DNA of 64,000 bases from Eubacteriales bacterium (GTDB taxonomy: Bacteria; Bacillota; Clostridia; Oscillospirales; UBA644), in NCBI GenBank assembly GCA_045637625.1, contig JAZTZU010000064.1, positions 1,081 through 65,080 on the forward strand. The letters run 5' to 3'. The notes beneath the pieces were generated by a model. The model saw only the letters and a program-made list of their open reading frames with translations, searched no databases and was not told the DNA's origin. Of this stretch, positions 57,801 through 64,000 are shown in pieces (position 1 is the stretch's first letter; each line of letters begins with the position of its first letter). The translations under genes were made by a program, and so were the position numbers.

Positions 57801-58304
57801 ATGGGAAATAAATTGGGGATAGTTCTTGTTGAACCTGAGATCCCGCAGAATACCGGTAACATCTCGCGAACATGTGCCTGTACTGATGTTGAGCTCCATC
57901 TGGTAAAGCCTCTCGGTTTTTCGATTGACGATCATGCTGTGAAGAGAGCCGGACTTGACTATTGGAGCGAACTCGATCTTCACGTTCATGAAAGTCTCGG
58001 TGAGTTTCTTGAATATGCGAAGGCTTCAGGCAGACCTATGTTTTTTGCAAGTACGAAGTCAGCAAAGGTTCATTCCGAAGTTGAATATCCCGACAATGCT
58101 TTTATCCTTTTCGGTAAAGAGACTAAGGGTTTGCCTGAATGGCTTCTTGAGGAAAATTACGGACAATGCGTTCGTATACCCATGAAGAGTACCGTTCGCA
58201 GTTTGAATCTTTCCAACAGCGTGGCGATAATCCTTTATGAGGCGTTAAGACAACATGATTATATACAGTTGAAGAGATTCGGAGAAATACCCGGTTCTAA
58301 CTGA
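57801..58304 (+). CDS. trmL: tRNA (cytidine/uridine-34 2'-O)-methyltransferase
   Basis: EPEIPQNTGNI, KRAGLDYW, FGKETKGLP, RSLNLSNS. Confidence 0.93.
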   Translation: MGNKLGIVLVEPEIPQNTGNISRTCACTDVELHLVKPLGFSIDDHAVKRAGLDYWSELDLHVHESLGEFLEYAKASGRPMFFASTKSAKVHSEVEYPDNAFILFGKETKGLPEWLLEENYGQCVRIPMKSTVRSLNLSNSVAIILYEALRQHDYIQLKRFGEIPGSN

Positions 58305-58333
58305 TTTTACATATTTAAGGAGATATTACCCCA

Positions 58334-59200
58334 ATGAGAAATTTTATTATTACAACAGACAATACCACGGATTTTCCAAAGGAATATGTGGAAAAGCACA
58401 ACCTCAGAGTTATTGATCTTACATATTCTATAGATGAGGTTCCATACGGTGTTCCCGAAAATCCAGCGCATGAGCCCAAGGTTTTCTATGACCTTATGCG
58501 TTCGGGAAAAACACCTAAAACTACACAGGTAAATCCTGACGGTGCAAAAAAATTCTTTGAAGAGATACTCAAAGAAGGATATGATATTCTTCATATCGCA
58601 TTTTCATCCGCCCTCAGCGGAACTTTTAACAGCATGAATATTGCAGCTGAAGAGCTCAGTGAAGAGTACCCCGAAGCAAAGATCGTGGTTGTAGACTCCC
58701 TTTGTGCATCTCTTGGCGAAGGCCTTTTTGTTGACTATGCTCTCGAACTTCAGGCTGAAGGTAAAACAATGGACGAGATAGTTGAGATCCTTGAGGCTGA
58801 AAAATTGGATTTTTCTCATCTTTTCACCGTTGAAGATCTTGTTTATCTTTACAGAGGCGGCAGAGTTTCCAAAACTTCAATGGTTCTCGGTTCAATGCTT
58901 GGAATCAAACCTATGCTTCATGTAAGCGACGAGGGTAAACTTGTTCCGGAATCTAAAGTTCGCGGAAGAAAAGCTTCCATTGATACATTGCTCAAAACTA
59001 TGGAGAGCCGTATAAATAAACTTTCCGCAAAGAAATTTTTCATCAGCCATGGTGACTGTCTTGAAGATGCGACATATCTTGCAGATAAAATAAAGGAAAA
59101 ATTCGGTATAGAGGATTGCCTTATCAGTTTCATCGGTCCCGTTATTGGCTCTCATGCAGGTCCCGGAACATTGGCATTGTTCTATCGCGGAAAAAGATAA
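58334..59200 (+). CDS. DegV family fatty-acid binding protein
   Basis: ITTD, PKTTQ, SSALSGT, RGGRVS, IKP, SHAGPG. Confidence 0.92.
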   Translation: MRNFIITTDNTTDFPKEYVEKHNLRVIDLTYSIDEVPYGVPENPAHEPKVFYDLMRSGKTPKTTQVNPDGAKKFFEEILKEGYDILHIAFSSALSGTFNSMNIAAEELSEEYPEAKIVVVDSLCASLGEGLFVDYALELQAEGKTMDEIVEILEAEKLDFSHLFTVEDLVYLYRGGRVSKTSMVLGSMLGIKPMLHVSDEGKLVPESKVRGRKASIDTLLKTMESRINKLSAKKFFISHGDCLEDATYLADKIKEKFGIEDCLISFIGPVIGSHAGPGTLALFYRGKR

Positions 59201-59290
59201 AAAAACACACAATCATCTGCTTTTCGGCAGGTGAATTTGTGCTTTATAAAGAAAAATATATTGCCGTTTTTACGGTCGGAAAGGTCAGTT

Positions 59291-60334
59291 ATGTACGAAA
59301 AACTTGTTACTTTTGAAGAAGAGAAACGAAAGGAACATTTATATTTACTTTACAACAGCGTTTTTGTTTGCGCGTGTCTGATGTGTTTTTTTGAACCGAT
59401 ATTCAGCGTTCCGATGCTTTTGTTCAAGGATATGGGAAACACTTCCGTTAATTGGTTCTTCGCAACGCTGCTCAAACCTTTATGTGTTTCAGCCGGAGCT
59501 CTGTGTCCGTTTTTTATTTATAATTTCAGGATGCAGAGGTCTTTCAAAAAAAGTCTGGCGCCACAGAAAAATAAGGTTTCGATAGATTATTACATACTTG
59601 GAATCGTTTCTGTTGTTTCAGTAGTTCCAATCCTGGTTTTTCTGGGAGATAAGTTCTGTGAAATGCTTGTTGCTGATGGATATGTTATCCATGAGGCTGT
59701 AATTGATTTCGGTCAGGGGATTGCGGCAAATGTCTTTTATATAATCTATACGGCTGCCGTATCTGCCTTTTTGCTTGATCTTGCTTTCAGAGGGGTTGTG
59801 GCTGAAAAACTTTCCCATGCCCACGTTGTTCCGGCGTTGTTTGTTCCCGCTCTTATTGCGGCTGTACAGCCTGCGTCGTTGTTTAAATTTCCTTTTGTGT
59901 TTGTCTCAGCGGTTATCATCGGCTGGTGCTATCTGAAGACTCAGTCCCTGTATCTTTCGATGAGTATGACATTTGCGGCGAATGTTGTGTTTTATATTCA
60001 GATACTGTTTAAGCAGACTAATGTTGAGAGTTATGAAGCGAATATCTTGCTTGTTTCGTTGGTTGGACTTGCGATTTGTGTGGTTTCGTTTGTACTGCTT
60101 GCTGCGGGAAAAGGTTTAAAATTGGAACGTCCTGTTGCGGAAAATTACGAAGAAGAGTATGACCTTATCAATGGGAAACAGGCTTTGGTCGGATTTTTGA
60201 AAGCGTTCGGTCTTTGGACTATGATTTTTATTTTCCTTTTCAAAATCTTCTTTACTTATCTTGATAAACCCATGCGAGTAGAAGACGGAGACGTTGGAAC
60301 AGAAGTAAGTGAATCTTACAGCGAAAATGAATAA
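59291..60334 (+). CDS. Multi-TM protein, CPBP/Abi (CAAX)-like but degenerate
   Basis: Many TM segments; 'LLDLAFRG' at the position of the EExxFRG motif. Confidence 0.5.
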   Translation: MYEKLVTFEEEKRKEHLYLLYNSVFVCACLMCFFEPIFSVPMLLFKDMGNTSVNWFFATLLKPLCVSAGALCPFFIYNFRMQRSFKKSLAPQKNKVSIDYYILGIVSVVSVVPILVFLGDKFCEMLVADGYVIHEAVIDFGQGIAANVFYIIYTAAVSAFLLDLAFRGVVAEKLSHAHVVPALFVPALIAAVQPASLFKFPFVFVSAVIIGWCYLKTQSLYLSMSMTFAANVVFYIQILFKQTNVESYEANILLVSLVGLAICVVSFVLLAAGKGLKLERPVAENYEEEYDLINGKQALVGFLKAFGLWTMIFIFLFKIFFTYLDKPMRVEDGDVGTEVSESYSENE

Positions 60335-60392
60335 ATACGATTTACGGGAGAGACCTCAGGCAGGTTTTTCCCATAAATTATATATGATGCTA

Positions 60393-60421
60393 TTGACTTT
60401 TGAGAATTATTGTAGTATAAT
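60393..60421 (+). promoter_or_regulatory. sigma-A promoter
   Basis: TTGACT-N17-TATAAT. Confidence 0.6.
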
Positions 60422-60452
60422 AATAAAGACTAATATTTCGGAGGTTTGAACT

Positions 60453-62741
60453 ATGACTCTTAATGGAAAATGGCAGTTGGCTGTTGTTGACGAAAAAGAT
60501 TTTAATGGGGTTTTTGATGAATATAACACTATTGTCGGGGAAGTTCCCGGTAATTTTGAACTTGATCTGTTTCGTGAGGGGTTGATTCCCGATCCCTATT
60601 ATGATGTGAATATTCTTGAGGTTCAGAAGTTTGAACGTTCCCATTTGATCTATACAAAAAAATTTGATTGGAACGGTGTGGCCGCAGAGCTTGAATTCAA
60701 GGGGATAGACTGTATCGCAGAAATTTTCCTTAACGGTAAAAAAATCGGCGAAAACGAGAATATGTTCATTGAAAATATCATAAAATGTGTTCCCGAAAAA
60801 GGCGAAAATACTCTTGTTGTTCATATTTTGCCCGCGGTAACTGTAGGGGAGCAGTTTTCTCATGAGCCTTACGAAAGATTCCTTGACGGTCATATTGAAC
60901 ACCTGAATGTCCGTAAGGCTCCGCATATGTATGGGTGGGATATCATGCCCCGTGTGGTTTCAGGAGGTCTGTGGCGTGATGTGAATATTGTTGAATCTAA
61001 GGAATCCAGGATCGTTTCAGCCAGATTGATAACTCTTTCTGTGGATGATCTTTCTGCAAAAATTGCTGTTGAAGCCGAACTTGAAAATATTGGTTTCGAT
61101 TGTGATATTGTAGTCAGGGGTGTATGTGGTGACAGTATCTTTGAGGGACATCTTGAAAGATCCGGCGATAGTGCCTCTTCAGAGTTTACCATTGAGGATC
61201 CGAAGCTTTGGAATCCTGTAAACTATGGAGACGCAAACTTGTATGAAATTGTCGTTTACGCTGTTTTAAACGGTGAAACGGTTGATAGCTTTTCTTTTAA
61301 AACAGGAATAAGAACCGTTGAACTTATAAGAACTTCCATAATTGACGATGAGGGAAAAGGTGATTTCCATTTTAAGATCAACGGAAAAAAGGTCTTTGTT
61401 CTTGGCTCTAACTGGGTTCCTGTTGATGCTTTCCATTCGAGGGACAAGGCTCGTTTGCCTGAAATTCTGCCGATGATCAATGATATCGGTTGTAATGCTC
61501 TTCGTTGTTGGGGCGGTAATGTTTATGAAGACGATATTTTTTATGATTATTGCGATGCTCACGGCATTATGATCTGGCAGGATTTTGCGATGGCTTGCGG
61601 ATATTATCCCCAGTCAGACGGCTTTTACAATAAGATGCACAATGAAGCTCTTTCCGTTGTAAAACGGTTAAGAAACCATCCTTCCGTAATTCTTTGGGCT
61701 GGTGATAATGAGTGTGACGATGAAATAAAGCGTCAAAAAATTGATCCCAATACTAATGTTATAACCAGAAAGGCAATTCCGACAGCGATATCAAAAGTTG
61801 ATTCCTATAAAGGCGTTGATACCAGACCGTATCTGCCGTCTTCTCCTTACTGTGATGAGGAGGCGTTTTCGACTAAAAAACCTATGTCTGAGGAGCATCT
61901 TTGGGGTCCGAGAGATTATTTCAAGGGGAATTTCTATAAAACATCTGTTTGTTGTTTTGCTTCCGAGACAGGCTACCACGGCTGTCCGTCACCCGATTCA
62001 TTGAAGAAATTTATTGCGCCCGAAAACCTTTGGCCCTGGAGGGAAAAAGGAGAAGATTACGCAAATAAGGCATGGCTTGCACATGCTACTTGCGCAAGGA
62101 CTGAAAAAGATCATCCGTTTGCCTATAGAATTCCTTTGATGACAAATCAGGTCAAGACTCTTTTTGGCAGTGAACCCGAAGATCTGAACACGTATGCTCT
62201 TCAAAGTCAAATATCTCAGGCGGAAGCTAAGAAATTCTTCATTGAGCGTTTTCGTGTGACAAAATGGCGCAGAACCGGTATTATATGGTGGAATCTTATC
62301 GACGGCTGGCCACAGATCTCCGATGCGATCGTGGATTGGTACGGAACGAAAAAACTTGCTTATAGCTATATAAAACGTTCGCAAAAACCTGTTTGCTGCA
62401 TTTTCGATGAACCCGTTGACGGCAAAATTTCGCTCTATGCGGTGAATGATCTTCAATCTGATAGGAATTTGAATGTTAAGGTTACAGATATGACAACTCA
62501 CAAGGTTTTGTTTGAAGCTTCTGTAAACGCAAGATCTAATGAATCTACGTTGATAAAAACTATTGATTGTCCTGAAGACAAGCATTTCCTTTATATCGAA
62601 TGGTCCGGAGATGATATTGGAACGAACCATTTCGTAACGGATTGCATTAACTTGAATTTCAATGACTATGTAAACGCTATAACAGAAACAGGTTATATCG
62701 AAGCCCTTGAGGGGTTTTCAAACCTTGAATTGAGGAACTGA
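60453..62741 (+). CDS. Glycoside hydrolase family 2 (beta-mannosidase-like)
   Basis: RKAPHMYGWD, GSNWVP, RCWGG, WQDF, RNHPSVILWAGDNE, FASETG. Confidence 0.88.
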   Translation: MTLNGKWQLAVVDEKDFNGVFDEYNTIVGEVPGNFELDLFREGLIPDPYYDVNILEVQKFERSHLIYTKKFDWNGVAAELEFKGIDCIAEIFLNGKKIGENENMFIENIIKCVPEKGENTLVVHILPAVTVGEQFSHEPYERFLDGHIEHLNVRKAPHMYGWDIMPRVVSGGLWRDVNIVESKESRIVSARLITLSVDDLSAKIAVEAELENIGFDCDIVVRGVCGDSIFEGHLERSGDSASSEFTIEDPKLWNPVNYGDANLYEIVVYAVLNGETVDSFSFKTGIRTVELIRTSIIDDEGKGDFHFKINGKKVFVLGSNWVPVDAFHSRDKARLPEILPMINDIGCNALRCWGGNVYEDDIFYDYCDAHGIMIWQDFAMACGYYPQSDGFYNKMHNEALSVVKRLRNHPSVILWAGDNECDDEIKRQKIDPNTNVITRKAIPTAISKVDSYKGVDTRPYLPSSPYCDEEAFSTKKPMSEEHLWGPRDYFKGNFYKTSVCCFASETGYHGCPSPDSLKKFIAPENLWPWREKGEDYANKAWLAHATCARTEKDHPFAYRIPLMTNQVKTLFGSEPEDLNTYALQSQISQAEAKKFFIERFRVTKWRRTGIIWWNLIDGWPQISDAIVDWYGTKKLAYSYIKRSQKPVCCIFDEPVDGKISLYAVNDLQSDRNLNVKVTDMTTHKVLFEASVNARSNESTLIKTIDCPEDKHFLYIEWSGDDIGTNHFVTDCINLNFNDYVNAITETGYIEALEGFSNLELRN

Positions 62742-62742
62742 T

Positions 62743-63567
62743 ATGAAAAAGATAATAATTATGTCAGATGTACATCTTTGCAGACATCAATGGGGCGGCG
62801 TTTCGGCAGAGGAACGTATGGAGAAAATGGTACGCGAGTTGAATGAGTCGTATGACAGGGAAAAATATGAGGCGATTCTGTTTTTAGGGGATTATTCATT
62901 GGATTTTTGGCTCTATGATGAGGGCGGAACTTATGTTCACAAAAAAGTCAGCAATACGGAACGACTTATCAAGGATTATCTTTCAAAATTGAAATGCCAA
63001 AATTACCATATGATTCCCGGAAACCATGAGCAGTACGGCAATGAAAAATGGTTGGAACTGACAGGGAAAATCAGACAGTTTTCTGTTGTTGTGGGCGGAT
63101 ATCTGTTTGTTATGCTCGATACATTTGCCGATGGATTGGACCCTGACCATGACCACGACGGGGTTTATACGGGGGCTGATATAGATTTTGTCAAGGCGGA
63201 AATGGAGAAATATCCCGAAATGAAAACGGTTTTATGCGCTCATTATTTCGCTGTGGAAAAAACTTCCGGTATGAGAGAAAATGCTGACATATATATGGAT
63301 TCGTCGGATAAATTGAATAAATTTTTGCGTGAAGAAGACAGAATCGTTTGTCTTTTCTTTGGGCATGACCATACTTGTGCGACGGAAATGATTGAAGATT
63401 GTGGAAAATATCTTTTTCATGACGGTCAGTATTCGTATTCTCTGGCTGAGCCTGAGGAGGATTGTCCCCGTGGCTGGCGCGAGGTTTGGTTCGATGAAAA
63501 TTCGTTGAAAACAGCATATTTTTCAGCGGAAAAATCTTATCGGGAAATGACTGAAATTAAATTTTAA
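62743..63567 (+). CDS. Metallophosphoesterase (calcineurin-like)
   Basis: SDVH, LGD, PGNHE, AH, GHDH motifs. Confidence 0.88.
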   Translation: MKKIIIMSDVHLCRHQWGGVSAEERMEKMVRELNESYDREKYEAILFLGDYSLDFWLYDEGGTYVHKKVSNTERLIKDYLSKLKCQNYHMIPGNHEQYGNEKWLELTGKIRQFSVVVGGYLFVMLDTFADGLDPDHDHDGVYTGADIDFVKAEMEKYPEMKTVLCAHYFAVEKTSGMRENADIYMDSSDKLNKFLREEDRIVCLFFGHDHTCATEMIEDCGKYLFHDGQYSYSLAEPEEDCPRGWREVWFDENSLKTAYFSAEKSYREMTEIKF

Positions 63568-63629
63568 AATCAAAAAAGCCGGTTCATTTAGTGAAGACTA
63601 AAAGTTCATAGTAGGTTTTAAGACAATAA

Positions 63630-63660
63630 CAAAAATGCTCCCCGTATGAGGAGCATTTTT
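63630..63660 (-). terminator. tuf terminator (likely bidirectional)
   Basis: AAAAATGCTCC-CCGTATGA-GGAGCATTTT. Confidence 0.75.
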
Positions 63661-63687
63661 ATTAACGTGTTTTAAGCTAAACAGAAA

Positions 63688-64000
63688 TTATTCCTGGATA
63701 GAAGCAACGACGCCGGAACCAACTGTCTTACCGCCTTCACGGATAGCGAAACGGAGACCCTGTTCGATAGCGATAGGTGTGATGAGTTCAACGTTGATTG
63801 TAACGTTTTCACCGGGCATACACATATCTACGCCTTCTTTAAGTGTGATAACACCTGTAACGTCTGTTGTTCTGAAATAGAACTGAGGTCTGTAGTTGGA
63901 AACGAAGGGCTTATGACGGCCACCTTCTTTAGCTGTAAGAACGTAAACTTCGCCTGTGAATTTTGTATGGGGGTTGATTGTGCCGGGTTTAGCAAGAACC
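63688..64000 (-). CDS. tuf: Elongation factor Tu, C-terminal part (truncated by window end)
   Basis: Reverse complement reads [23 protein letters not shown]...CMPGE...[23 protein letters not shown]. Confidence 0.95.
   Translation of the reverse strand, partial: VLAKPGTINPHTKFTGEVYVLTAKEGGRHKPFVSNYRPQFYFRTTDVTGVITLKEGVDMCMPGENVTINVELITPIAIEQGLRFAIREGGKTVGSGVVASIQE

Overview
Chromosomal segment of a spore-forming Clostridia-type Firmicute (spoIVA, spoIIP, yunB, alpha/beta SASP, ispH-rpsA fusion, hprK-murB-whiA-dnaE, ligA, cmk, plsC, glgB, trmL, degV, 3' end of tuf), with many carbohydrate-active or uncharacterised enzymes interspersed. The standout is a compact ~9 kb minus-strand operon of apparently intact phage structural and lysis genes (42080-51135: terS, terL, portal, scaffold, capsid, head-tail, tail tube, tail/hub, holin, endolysin). 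It has no recognisable integrase, repressor, replication or tape-measure gene, and its small terminase appears to lack the N-terminal DNA-binding HTH, which makes it a candidate clostridial gene transfer agent (GTA) or domesticated particle system. Other observations: a Trp-Trp leader-peptide attenuator upstream of trpB2, a dispersed REP-like hairpin family, an internal SD/ATG that could yield free S1 from the IspH-S1 fusion, an orphan glycyl radical enzyme with atypical motifs, and several candidate structured RNAs. All calls come from reading the sequence and recognising motifs; no searches were run.
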